A DNA stretch of 63,994 nt, counting the filler, from Octopus bimaculoides (Eukaryota): the NCBI RefSeq assembly GCF_001194135.2. It is 6 parts of 6 records of this genome, joined end to end, with 100 filler letters (N's around TTAATTAATTAA, not from the genome) between each part and the next. Parts side by side here need not be neighbours in the genome. Positions count along the whole stretch, not along the records: positions 32,580 to 45,606 come from NC_068981.1; positions 45,707 to 60,333 come from NC_068996.1; 4 more parts are not named here. The stretch is one strand, 5' to 3'. Below, piece after piece: positions 38,915-51,417 of the stretch. The position numbers were made by a program, and so were the translations under genes. The notes under the pieces are model-generated. The model worked only from the letters and a program-made list of their open reading frames with translations. It was not told the origin of the DNA and made no database searches. Each line of letters opens with the position of its first letter. The stretch's first letter is position 1.

Positions 38915-40449
38915 CACCTGTATGTATCTATATGGAACTACCGAAGAGTAAGAATGAGTGCTCAGCACCATACGGATGGTAAATATTTTTATTTGTGAGT
39001 TAACAAGGCAACCAACGGTTTCATATGAAGAGACCTTTGCAATTGCTCAAGTATGCNNNNNNNNNNNNNNNNNNNNNNNNNNNNNNNNNNNNNNNNNNNN
39101 NNNNNNNNNNNNNNNNNNNNNNNNNNNNNNNNNNNNNNNNNNNNNNNNNNNNNNNNNNNNNNNNNNNNNNNNNNNNNNNNNNNNNNNNNNNNNNNNNNNN
39201 NNNNNNNNNNNNNNNNNNNNNNNNNNNNNNNNNNNNNNNNNNNNNNNNNNNNNNNNNNNNNNNNNNNNNNNNNNNNNNNNNNNNNNNNNNNNNNNNNNNN
39301 NNNNNNNNNNNNNNNNNNNNNNNNNNNNNNNNNNNNNNNNNNNNNNNNNNNNNNNNNNNNNNNNNNNNNNNNNNNNNNNNNNNNNNNNNNNNNNNNNNNN
39401 NNNNNNNNNNNNNNNNNNNNNNNNNNNNNNNNNNNNNNNNNNNNNNNNNNNNNNNNNNNNNNNNNNNNNNNNNNNNNNNNNNNNNNNNNNNNNNNNNNNN
39501 NNNNNNNNNNNNNNNNNNNNNNNNNNNNTTCAGCTATTGATTTTTTTCTAAAATTTTCGTTGCGTCGATAGAAAAAGGTTGCAAGACGCAACAAACATTT
39601 TAGAAAAAAAAAAAAGTAAATGAGTGGAAATCGAACCAGCGAGTGTGTTAAATAATGAGGCACTGAAAAAGAATGACTCTCCCCAGACATAATAAAATAT
39701 GCTTCAACACACGAATTCACATAAAGAATCTTGCAAACCAAATACAAAAACGATATATATATATATATGTATGAAATATAGCTATGTACAATCATATTTA
39801 ACATGCTGCTGTACATTCGGACATGGAAAAACAATACGCTTCACAAGCTGTTTCGAGAGCAATAGGACCTTACGGCATGTGCGTTTCTGTGTCGTTACGA
39901 TTTATCAGGTCTGTATGCCGAGCAGTCAATCGTAGCTACAAAGTGTTGGTCGCTTTTATATCAGAACAGCAAATGTACCATTTGCTGAAATGGTACATTT
40001 GCCGATGTGCGAAAAGATTTGTCAAGCTGGAATAAATTAAAATAAAATCAACATAATTATGTGTGGCTGTGAGGTTTGTGTGTGCGTGTGTGTTTGTGTG
40101 TGTGTGTGCGCGCGAGTTTGTGTGTGTGTGTTTAGTTATATTAAAAACATTAAAACATTTATTGACACTTTATAGATTTAAGTAGCGTATCATATTTTTA
40201 GAGGGGAACGTTGACAATGACCTCGAATAATTTGGTTCAGGTGCCCTCGTCTAATTACATACATACATACACACGCACATACATACGTGCGTACGTACAT
40301 ACATACATACGTACATACACACATTCATTCATTCATACATGAATGCATACGTATTTATATATGTGTGAGTGAGTGTGTACGTCTGTGAGTGTATACATCC
40401 ATACATATGTATATACTTATATGTATAAAAACACACACGCAATCTGTTT

Positions 40450-41280
40450 AATATAGACAACTTCCACATCACGCGATGCATCATAAGAGAGATGCTTAAG
40501 AAACCTGACATGAGTGTGGCCCTGAGCAGGTAAAATCAAACAAAAGCTTTCAATAGGGTCGACCACCAATACTAGGTGGTTGTCCTGATAGCAACTGGTT
40601 CTGTTCTCTGCGGTTGGATCACTGCAATAAACAGCATTATCTGCTGCATGGTTCGAGTGAATGACTATTGATGCCATTCAATATCATGCACTTTGTCAAG
40701 TGTGTCCCTTCTTTTCTCTTCTGTTTCAGTGTCACTTGAACCACTATTGAGGGAACTAGAGACATTTGACATTTCGGGGCATTACATGCGAAACAGAGAG
40801 CGGAATATTCTTGTCGGCATATGCGGACAGCGTCACCGTCCTAGATCTGTAGCATCATACAGCGCCGTGGTGGAATGCAAGACGTACGGACGGGTTAAAT
40901 TGCTTGGTGACCCGTTTGGTGCAGGTCTCAAAGTGGAAAAGAACCGGAGCGAAATGGCGATCAGTGTGGCTAATCTCACCGAGAAATGAGCCCAGAGAAA
41001 GCTACTCTTGAAAGGTCGTGTACGGTAACATTGCCACTGTCATATATTACCACCTAAGTGTCATGCCTTGCCTCTGTTCACGTCTGACTGAACTGGGTCC
41101 TTCACTTCTGCTTTATACGCAGAGGATGCGCCCCACTGTTGAAGCTCTACATTTGCTGAGTGGAGGACTGGGCATGTTGAGATTGATGATGCGCCGACAT
41201 GTGCTGAGGCTACGATGTCTCAAGCAATTTCTTGACGGTGAAGAGAGGTCGTTGCTGTTTGTCACAGCTTGTCTCGATTC
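40450..41280 (+). mobile_element. Tx1/L1-clade LINE ORF2 RT relic
   Basis: Across frameshifts: DNFHITR...KAFNRVDHQY...VCP...LEPLLREL...SAYADSVTVL...VKLLGDPFG..LKVEKN...RKLLLKGRV...GGLGMLRLMMRRHVLRL. Confidence 0.8.
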
Positions 41281-41294
41281 AATCGATAAACCTC

Positions 41295-41690
41295 CTCACA
41301 CCCAAAATTTCCTGTCTTGTGCCTAGAGTAGAAAGGATTTCTGGCAGAATCGTTAGCACGCCGGGCGAAATGCTTAGCGGTATTTCGTCTGCCGTTACGT
41401 TCTGAGTTCAAATTCCGCCGAGGTCGACTTTGCCTTTCATTCTTTCGGGGTTGATAAATTAAGTACCAGATGCGTACTGGGGTCGATCTAATCGACTATC
41501 CTCCTCCCCCAAATTTCAGGCCTTGTGCCTGTAGTAGAAAGGATTATGTATCAAAAAGGCGGTGAGCTGGCAGAAACGTTAGCACGCCGGGCGAATTGCT
41601 TCGCGGTATTTCGTCTGCCGTTACGTTCTGAGTTCAAATTCCCTCCACCGAAATTTCAGGCCTTGCGCCAACAGTAGAAAGGATTATTAC
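41295..41690 (+). mobile_element. Three head-to-tail ATT-tail-family SINE units (3' stub, full copy, internally deleted copy)
   Basis: The end motif ttgtgcct(a/g)...gtagaaaggatt recurs at about 41320, 41525 and 41665; heads ctggcagaa(t/a)cgttagcacgccgggcgaa at 41341 and 41567. Confidence 0.85.
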
Positions 41691-42929
41691 TGCAGTTGTT
41701 GTTGTTTTGTTGTTGTTGTTGGTGGTGGTGGTATGGTGGTGGTGGTANNNNNNNNNNNNNNNNNNNNNNNNNNNNNNNNNNNNNNNNNNNNNNNNNNNNN
41801 NNNNNNNNNNNNNNNNNNNNNNNNNNNNNNNNNNNNNNNNNNNNNNNNNNNNNNNNNNNNNNNNNNNNNNNNNNNNNNNNNNNNNNNNNNNNNNNNNNNN
41901 NNNNNNNNNNNNNNNNNNNNNNNNNNNNNNNNNNNNNNNNNNNNNNNNNNNNNNNNNNNNNNNNNNNNNNNNNNNNNNNNNNNNNNNNNNNNNNNNNNNN
42001 NNNNNNNNNNNNNNNNNNNNNNNNNNNNNNNNNNNNNNNNNNNNNNNNNNNNNNNNNNNNNNNNNNNNNNNNNNNNNNNNNNNNNNNNNNNNNNNNNNNN
42101 NNNNNNNNNNNNNNNNNNNNNNNNNNNNNNNNNNNNNNNNNNNNNNNNNNNNNNNNNNNNNNNNNNNNNNNNNNNNNNNNNNNNNNNNNNNNNNNNNNNN
42201 NNNNNNNNNNNNNNNNNNNNNNNNNNNNNNNNNNNNNNNNNNNNNNNNNNNNNNNNNNNNNNNNNNNNNNNNNNNNNNNNNNNNNNNNNNNNNNNNNNNN
42301 NNNNNNNNNNNNNNNNNNNNNNNNNNNNNNNNNNNNNNNNNNNNNNNNNNNNNNNNNNNNNNNNNNNNNNNNNNNNNNNNNNNNNNNNNNNNNNNNNNNN
42401 NNNNNNNNNNNNNNNNNNNNNNNNNNNNNNNNNNNNNNNNNNNNNNNNNNNNNNNNNNNNNNNNNNNNNNNNNNNNNNNNNNNNNNNNNNNNNNNNNNNN
42501 NNNNNNNNNNNNNNNNNNNNNNNNNNNNNNNNNNNNNNNNNNNNNNNNNNNNNNNNNNNNNNNNNNNNNNNNNNNNNNNNNNNNNNNNNNNNNNNNNNNN
42601 NNNNNNNNNNNNNNNNNNNNNNNNNNNNNNNNNNNNNNNNNNNNNNNNNAGTGGTAGGTGATGGTTTGCGGTAGTAGTGGTGGTGGTGGTGGTGGTGGTG
42701 GTGGTAGGCGATGGTTATTCATGTCCAAATAATTATTGTTGTTATTATCGCTACAGTGAATGTTATTGTTATTCTTGTTGCAGTTATTCTTGTTGTTGGC
42801 TTTTGTCGTTTGTTATTGTTTCTGGCTGATGTTGCTATTATATTTGTTATTTTTATGGTTGAGAAATCATTTCATTTTTTATTCTTATTTTTCATTTTCT
42901 TTTCGTTCCCACTTGTTGGCACAGCAAAC

Positions 42930-43112
42930 AAGTGACAATAATAACAACAATAATATTGTTAAACGATATTATTATTAGTAGTAGTAGTAGTATTACTGCT
43001 GTTGTCATTAATATTATTTTTGTTATTATTAATACTATTGCTGTTGTCATTATTATTATTATTGTTATTATTAATACTATTGCTGTTGTCATTATTATTA
43101 TTATTATTATTA

Positions 43113-43177
<65 letters not shown>

Positions 43178-43333
43178 ACTATTGCTGTTGTCATTATTAT
43201 TATTATTATTATTNNNNNNNNNNNNNNNNNNNNNNNNNNNNTATTATTTTTGTTATTATTAATACTATTGCTGTTGTCATTATTATTATTATTGTTATTA
43301 TTAATACTATTGCTGTTGTCATTATTATTATTA

Positions 43334-43398
<65 letters not shown>

Positions 43399-43435
43399 AC
43401 TATTGCTGTTGTCATTATTATTATTATTATTATTA

Positions 43436-43466
<31 letters not shown>

Positions 43467-43489
43467 AATTGCTGTTATCATTATTATTA

Positions 43490-43527
<38 letters not shown>

Positions 43528-43534
43528 GCTGTTG

Positions 43535-43599
<65 letters not shown>

Positions 43600-43610
43600 G
43601 TCATTGTTAT
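42930..43610. repeat. Compound (ATT)n microsatellite with a higher-order variant unit AATACTATTGCTGTTGTC
   Basis: Variant unit at about 43031, 43073, 43174, 43261, 43303 and 43396, with decayed versions later. Confidence 0.9.
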
Positions 43611-44212
43611 TAAGGAGGAGGCGGAGGAGGAATAAGAACATGTAAAACCAGAACTCTAATACTAAACGTGTTAAGTACGCTATCTAGTGTAATATGTAAG
43701 GTGATGATGACAAAATCGGGGTGGAGCAGTTCGTTTACGTCAAGTAATGATATTAGAAGCCAGAAGAAATATGATGCGGAAGAAATACGGAAGGCTAAGC
43801 TATTCTGAAACGATTTTTTCTTCAGAGTCTGCGAGTTGTAAAGTTGGCTGTATATCAAAATGATACACAAACTAACAGAGTTTTGCGTCTGGGTACATAA
43901 TCTAGATGGATAAATTTGGATTTTATGCTGTGCGAGTATTCTTAGTTTGTGATTAATATCTTCGGAATATGAATAAAAATGGTGGAAAATTTCACACAAA
44001 AATAGATGGTATTTTGGGTGTGGGTGGGGGGGTTGACGAAATGAAAGGGAATGAAAATATGTAAATTTTCGTGGATTGTGGTACCACTAACTAGAACTTC
44101 ATCTGTATTTATTAAGCCATGAGCAAGTTATCTTTGGCGGAGCCCTGATATTTTTGCGAAATGGAATAACAAGCTTTTATCAGTAAATTACACACACACG
44201 CACACGCACGCT

Positions 44213-44251
<39 letters not shown>

Positions 44252-44501
44252 TATATATATATAGTATATATCTCTCTCGCTCTCTCGTTCTCTCTTTATA
44301 TATATATATATATGGATGTATATACATACATATAATACGTACATACATACATACATACATACATACATACATACATACATACATACATACATGCATACAT
44401 TATTCACGAAAGAAGTCATATTTTAATAAGCACCTAACACTCCGACAAAAATTTCACCGAATCGACTTTGTTTTCAGTTTCTCGGATTTGATTAAGTACC
44501 G

Positions 44502-44545
<44 letters not shown>

Positions 44546-44555
44546 NNNNNNNNNN

Positions 44556-45021
44556 GGGAGGATAAAAATTGCAAAATCCTGTAGGATGCAATGATTCTGT
44601 GCGATCACCTGACCAGACATCAGAAACCGGACATTGTCGTAGTGAAAAACAAACATAAACAGAAAAAGAACATGCATGATAATGGACGTACCATGTACCG
44701 GTGACAACAGGATCAAAGAGAAAGAAGAAAAAAAAAACTAAACAACTATGATGATTTGAAGTGGGAAATATGAAGGTTGTGATCAATGAGGAGAGTAGAC
44801 GTGATACCAATAGTAATTGGCGCACTTGGAAGTATCAGCACTCAACTACCAAAAGATTCGTACACATGCAAAGATAGAACACCTACAAAAATCAGCATTT
44901 CTTAGAACTGCAAGAATCCTTCGCAGGGTTCTTGAAGCATGACCAATAAACAAGTGTCACCTTAGTCTGCTGGCTGTGGACATTAACACCCAGCAAAAAT
45001 ATGCTGTAAGTTTTCATCAAA

Positions 45022-45058
<37 letters not shown>
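44556..45058 (+). mobile_element. R4/Dong 3' end: restriction-like endonuclease, 3' UTR and (AAT)n tail
   Basis: KIL*DAMILCDHLTRHQKPDIVVV...IMDVPCTGDNRIKEKEEKK..YDDLKWEI...VIPIVIGALG...LQKSAFLRTARILRRVL*, then AAT repeats at 45022-45058. Confidence 0.85.
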
Positions 45059-45508
45059 CCTGAAACAAGGCCTGAAAATTTGGGGAAGGGGCCTAATCGA
45101 TTACATCGACCCCAGTGTTTCACTGTTACTTACTTAATTTATCGACTCCGAAAGGATGAAAGGCAAAGTCGACTTCGGCGGAATTAGAACTCAGAACGTG
45201 AAGACAGACGATATATGGCTTAGCATTTCGCCCGGCGTGCTAACGATTCTGCCAGCTCAATAATAATAATAATAATAATAAAATAATAATAATAATCCTT
45301 TCTACTATAGGTACAAGGCATGAAATTTGGGAGCGGGGGGATAGTCGATTACATCAACCCCAGTATTCAACTGGGACTTAATGTATCGATCCCGAAAGAA
45401 TGAAAGGCAAAGTGGACCTCGACGGAATTCGAACTCATAACGTAGCGACAGACGTAATACTGCTAAGCACTTCGCCCGGCGGTCTAACGATTCTGCCAGC
45501 TCACCGCC
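45057..45508 (-). mobile_element. Two head-to-tail ATT-tail-family SINEs inside the (AAT)n tail of the Dong copy
   Basis: Copies at about 45057-45258 and 45294-45508, with AAT runs at 45259-45295 and 45509-45606. Confidence 0.85.
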
Positions 45509-45515
45509 AATAATC

Positions 45516-45606
<91 letters not shown>

Positions 45607-45706
45607 NNNNNNNNNNNNNNNNNNNNNNNNNNNNNNNNNNNNNNNNNNNNTTAATTAATTAANNNNNNNNNNNNNNNNNNNNNNNNNNNNNNNNNNNNNN
45701 NNNNNN
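45607..45706. other. Artificial scaffold spacer N44-TTAATTAATTAA-N44
   Basis: 12-mer at 45651-45662. Confidence 0.95.
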
Positions 45707-45961
45707 TAAAAAACTTTAACGATATTATAAACTATAAAGATTAATAATTAATCAAATAATATTAATTAAAAATAATCGAAAATATATCAACACTATTCCA
45801 ATCGAAGTTCTAATATTATGTTGAAATGAAACTATAACTTCTAAATAATTTAGTGTTAAATAAGTTATCTATTAAAATAATCTATAAAGAACCAAATGAA
45901 TAGTATAAAAACAAGAATACATATTATTTTCAAATAGTAGAAAATCTTTAGCAAAGTGAAA

Positions 45962-47220
45962 ACAGTACTTATCCAAAATAATGGAAACACCTTAAAATTT
46001 CAAATAAAATGATTTTAACATGGTGTAGGACTGTTTTGGCAGCAATTACAGCTTGAATTCTACGAGGTATGGACTCGTGCAAAGTTTGAATTGTTTCCAA
46101 AGGAATTTTTGTCCATTCTTCGGCTAAAACAGTCTCCAGTTCTTGTAGTGATGATGGTAGAGGATATTGACTCAATACTCGTTTTTCTAAATTGCACCAT
46201 AAATGGTGAGATCAATTATACTGAGACCTGCTGACTGTGGTGGTCAGATAAAATGTTCAGCTGCACTAGAATGTTTCTCGTGCCATTCAGTAACAACTTT
46301 AGCTGTGTGAATTGGTGCATAACATCCTGAAAGATTGCGTTTCCCTCCGGAAACAGTTCCGCAATCATAGGATGAATTTCGTCTGATAAAATGGTTGACT
46401 ATTAAATCTGCCATGAAGGGAAACCATTGGGCCGGCGGATTTCCAGGATATAGCCCCAGATCATCACGGATCCTCCTCCATGTTTAGCAGTTGGAAGAAG
46501 ACAGTCTGGGTCAAATGCTTCTTTTGACTGTGTCCACATGTATACTCGGCCGGTGGTCGGAAATAAGGTTAATGATGACTCGTCCGAGAAAATAACATTC
46601 TTCCACTGCTCTGGGAACTAATTCTGTAGGTTTTATCCCACTCTAAACGCTTTGCAGTGTTTGTTTTTGAAGGTAGTGGTTTTCTGATTGCAGCCCACCC
46701 CTGAAATCCGGCTTTGTGTAGTTTTTGTGGAACAGTTTTTTGTGGAAAGTGGGTTCTCGAGATGATCATTAAACTCTGCAGTAATTTTGGGAGCTGTACT
46801 TTTGTGATACTTTCTAACAATTTGCGTAAGAGACCAACGGTCTCTATCTGAAAATTTTAGTTTTCTTCCGGAGTTTTGTTTCGACGAGGAAGTTTTTCTC
46901 TCTTTCTCAAAGGCTGTCATTACTTTCGAGACGGTACTTCTTGATACAGCAAACATTTCGGCTGTTTTCGTTACGCTAGCATCTGACATACGAGCACCAA
47001 CAATTCGACCTCTTTGAAAATCCGATAGATCTGTCATTTGAATGAATTTTACTTACCTTTTTCTGCCGATATGTCAGAAGAAGCAGCAATTTTAGCAAAA
47101 CATATTAAGCAACACTGATAATAAATAAAACAAATGAACAAGCTTTTGACGGTTTTATATCTATTTCAACATTATGATGCTATGATGCTAGGTGTTTCCA
47201 TTATTTTATCCAACTCCTGT
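45962..47220 (-). mobile_element. Near full-length Tc1 transposon (~1.26 kb) with both TIRs and a frameshifted transposase
   Basis: Both ends share AAAATAATGGAAACACCT. ORF 46633-47037 MTDLSDFQRGRIVGARM...SRSTVSKVM (paired-like HTH); AAIRKPL...KRLEW; C-terminus LQELETVLAEEWTKIPLETIQTLHESIPRRIQAVIAAK. Confidence 0.9.
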
Positions 47221-47311
47221 ATAGATATTCGTATATAAATATTTAATATATTCTATACCTGTGTATGTGTGTATGTATGTATGTATGTATTATGTATGTA
47301 TGTATGTATGC

Positions 47312-47344
<33 letters not shown>

Positions 47345-47353
<9 letters not shown>

Positions 47354-47580
47354 TCTTTTGTTTCAGCCATTAGGCTGCAGCCATACTGGAGCACCGCCTT
47401 GAAGTGTTTTAGTCGAATAAATCGAATTTAGTACTTATTTTAAAAACCTAGTGCTTATTCTATCGGTTTCTTTTGCCGAACTGCTAAGTTACGGGGACGT
47501 AAACACGCCAAACCGATTATCAAACGGAGATGGAGGGACAAATACAGACACACAGAGACACACACATATAGATGCACAAA
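47345..47580 (-). mobile_element. Internal-microsatellite SINE family, 3' half
   Basis: cttttgtttcagccatt...gccatactggagcaccgcc...gccgaactgctaagttacggggacgtaaacac, adjoining (CA)n. Confidence 0.7.
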
Positions 47581-47685
<105 letters not shown>

Positions 47686-48179
47686 TTCTAACTTTTTTCT
47701 GCTAACCTAAGTTTGAGACCTGTTTTGGGATAATCTGGGGTCACTGATCTTTAAAATGGCAATAGTTTTTCTCTCCATCGCATAAAGCCTTTCTTTTTAT
47801 GGCCTGGTCCATATTGACCTCACCCGTAACTTCATGTTACAGAGATTTCTCGATGGGATATTCGTAGGGTAGGTTAGCAGTATGAATCTCAGTGTCTGTT
47901 GAACATTCAGGGAGTGAGGTTATGAGGCTCTGTCGGCCTACTATATATACCGATGTAGAAGTGTGTTTCCTTATAACGCACTTTCGTCTTAATCTGAGTT
48001 GTTAATCTCTTCTTGCTATCAACAAATGTACAAAAGATATCATAGTTAAACATTTCTGCTGAATATTTATTTTATCTAAGTATTTAGACATCTATTTAGA
48101 CAAACCTAGATACATAAATAGGCTCTTTGTTATTTTCTCTCTTTTTACATATATTTCAAGATATAACGCTGGTGTCCAG

Positions 48180-48750
48180 CTGCGAAGGAAATGTTTGAAT
48201 TCTCTTGACTCTTTTTGTTATATATGTGGGTGTTTTACAGTACTAAGTCAAAGAATGAACATTAGTGACTTTGTGAAAAGATTCTATTTGGCTTACTTTG
48301 AGATTAAATTTGTTCATCAGTATAAATTGTGGGCCCCGCACAATGTATCGAAAATCTATGCCAATGACAAAGGGCACAAGGAAACAACTAACATTTGGCA
48401 TTCCTATGGTAGGAGCCAAAGAACCATGAAAATGATTGCTACTTTTATCTCACAAAGACGTCTGGTTATAGTAAGAGAACGCGACAGAAAATAAGTTACC
48501 CAAATCTGGATTCAGAAACACATTCGGAGCTTCACTCAGAAGAATTACCAGTAGCCGTTCTCAAAGATCTAAATTCACTGCAAGATGAAAGTGATATATG
48601 TGAAGTAGATGTAAATCATGGACATGACAGCGATGTAGACTTTGTAGAAACATCAACCAAAGAACGTGAAAAGTTCAGCCAGCAGATGAACTTAATGATT
48701 TAGTTGGAGACCTGGGACTGTCGAAAGAGTTACCAGAACTGTTAGCCTTT
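48180..48750 (+). mobile_element. DNA-transposon transposase N-terminal relic with a Cys-rich FCYICG/WAPH motif; superfamily not assigned
   Basis: NSLDSFCYICGCFT...RMNISDFVKRFYLAYFEIKF...KLWAPH and, downstream, FSQ-ELNDLVGDLGLSKELPELLA; I recognise this motif pair from invertebrate transposase-like proteins. Confidence 0.6.
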
Positions 48751-48984
48751 CTTTATACATGTGTGTGGTTGACTCCCCTCTCGTAAATGATAGATAATGA
48801 TATCGAAACTTGGTATCACTGTAAGCCTTTTTGTTTTCAAATATATTATATCGACGTTATGAGTCTAATATAGTTTTATTAAAGTTTTTTTTTTTTTGGG
48901 TTATTTCCTTATCAGTTCTTTACGTATGGCAAAACTATGAAAACGAAAGGGTAAGACAAAAATCTGCTTTAAGAACGCCATAAA

Positions 48985-49110
48985 AAGCATCCTTTATCTC
49001 TTTTATCTTTTATTTGTTTCAGTCATTAGACTGCAGTCATGCTGGGGCACTGCCTTGAAGAATTGTTAGTCAAATGATTTGATCCCAGTACGTCTTTTAT
49101 ATTTTTGGAA
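48985..49110 (-). mobile_element. 3' stub of the internal-microsatellite SINE family
   Basis: tttatttgtttcagtcattagactgcagtcatgctggggcactgcc...gatttgatcccagtac. Confidence 0.5.
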
Positions 49111-50329
49111 TTTTCAGAGAACTTTTGCAAATTTGGATTCTAAACACGGGGATTCANNNNNNNNNNNNNNNNNNNNNNNNNNNNNNNNNNNNNNNNNNNN
49201 NNNNNNNNNNNNNNNNNNNNNNNNNNNNNNNNNNNNNNNNNNNNNNNNNNNNNNNNNNNNNNNNNNNNNNNNNNNNNNNNNNNNNNNNNNNNNNNNNNNN
49301 NNNNNNNNNNNNNNNNNNNNNNNNNNNNNNNNNNNNNNNNNNNNNNNNNNNNNNNNNNNNNNNNNNNNNNNNNNNNNNNNNNNNNNNNNNNNNNNNNNNN
49401 NNNNNNNNNNNNNNNNNNNNNNNNNNNNNNNNNNNNNNNNNNNNNNNNNNNNNNNNNNNNNNNNNNNNNNNNNNNNNNNNNNNNNNNNNNNNNNNNNNNN
49501 NNNNNNNNNNNNNNNNNNNNNNNNNNNNNNNNNNNNNNNNNNNNNNNNNNNNNNNNNNNNNNNNNNNNNNNNNNNNNNNNNNNNNNNNNNNNNNNNNNNN
49601 NNNNNNNNNNNNNNNNNNNNNNNNNNNNNNNNNNNNNNNNNNNNNNNNNNNNNNNNNNNNNNNNNNNNNNNNNNNNNNNNNNNNNNNNNNNNNNNNNNNN
49701 NNNNNNNNNNNNNNNNNNNNNNNNNNNNNNNNNNNNNNNNNNNNNNNNNNNNNNNNNNNNNNNNNNNNNNNNNNNNNNNNNNNNNNNNNNNNNNNNNNNN
49801 NNNNNNNNNNNNNNNNNNNNNNNNNNNNNNNNNNNNNNNNNNNNNNNNNNNNNNNNNNNNNNNNNNNNNNNNNNNNNNNNNNNNNNNNNNNNNNNNNNNN
49901 NNNNNNNNNNNNNNNNNNNNNNNNNNNNNNNNNNNNNNNNNNNNNNNNNNNNNNNNNNNNNNNNNNNNNNNNNNNNNNNNNNNNNNNNNNNNNNNNNNNN
50001 NNNNNNNNNNNNNNNNNNNNNNNNNNNNNNNNNNNNNNNNNNNNNNNNNNNNNNNNNNNNNNNNNNNNNNNNNNNNNNNNNNNNNNNNNNNNNNNAACAG
50101 GTGATAGTTTTTTCTTTACTTTTTTGGTGTTGAAAATTTTTACGAATTTGTGTTCTGAAAATCCCTCGTACGGTTATGCAAAAAATATTTTTTGATTTAG
50201 ATTTTTTTCATCCACCCCAGCCCCGCCCCATAAATCTTTACGGGTACACTAATTAGACTTAACTGGTATCGATCACACAGGCAGTGGATAGCCTGTACAG
50301 AACGTTGCTGTGATTTCTTCACAGATATA

Positions 50330-51300
50330 AAACAATTATGTAAATTGCTATCAAGACAGGGGTGAGACAAGGCTGCATTATGTCACCATTCCTCTTCCTG
50401 CTGGCAGTTGATTTCATCATCAAAGAGGCAATAGATGGAAAAAAATCTGTGTATTCAATGGCAACAACAGCAGCAACAACAACAACAGTTGGCGGACCTT
50501 GACTTTGATGATGACATTGCACTTCTGGAAGAATCCAGAGAAGGACTGCAGCAACCTACAACAACTCTTGCTGAAACAGCTGGTAAAATTAGTCTCAGAA
50601 TCAGTGATGAAAAGACCAAGGCTTATGCAAGTATGGGTAGAGGACAAAGAAAGCGATGTAAAAATATCAGTTGGAAATCAGCCAGTTGAAGATGTTACCA
50701 CATTTTCATACCTGGGCAGCGTACTAGCGAGTGGTGGAGGGGCAGATAGTGATGTCAAAGTGAGAGTTGGCAAAACTGCAGCAGTTTTCAGAATGATAGG
50801 GAAAATCTGGGCAAGTAAAATCCTTGATTCGAAAATAAAACTGCGTCTATACAGCACCATCGTGTTACCAACAGCACTATATGCCAGTGAAACTTGGAAA
50901 GTAACATCAACAATATCCAAGAAACTGGATGTATTCCATCAGAGGTGCTTGCGGAAAACATTGAAGATCTCCTATCGCGACCACATCACAAATACTGCAG
51001 TCCTCCAGTAAGCACAGTCCAGAAGGTTGCAAGACATTGTGGCAGAGAGAAGAATGAGACTAGCCGGGCACATATTCCGCATGCCAGACCAACGGCACGC
51101 CAAAACAGCATTTAGATGGGAACCACCTGGCAGAAAGAGAAAGAGAGGAAGACCAAAAACAACATGGCGCTGATCGTTCAAAGCAGACATAGCAGTAATG
51201 AACAGAAAATGGGAAAATACCGAGAGACAGGCTGCCGATAGAGATCAATGGAGATTGTTGTCTGACAAATGCGCCACCAGACGCGGGATGGACTAAGAGC
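50330..51300 (+). mobile_element. RTE-clade LINE 3' part (RT domains 4-7 and C-terminus)
   Basis: KTGVRQGCIMSPFLFLLAVD...LADLDFDDDIALL...FSYLGSVL...KIKLRLYSTIVLPTALYASETW...LDVFHQRCLRKTLKI...RLAGHIFRM...RGRPKTTW. Confidence 0.9.
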
Positions 51301-51356
51301 TAAGAATGTAAATGATAAATTATTTTGATAGTATAATTATCTGTAAGTTTCTTTTT

Positions 51357-51417
<61 letters not shown>

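Noticed and set aside
42892-43641. Poly-Asn, poly-Ile and poly-Leu ORFs (also 19484-20689, 26647-27012, 30587-31948)
   Set aside because: Direct translations of tri- and dinucleotide tracts and gaps.
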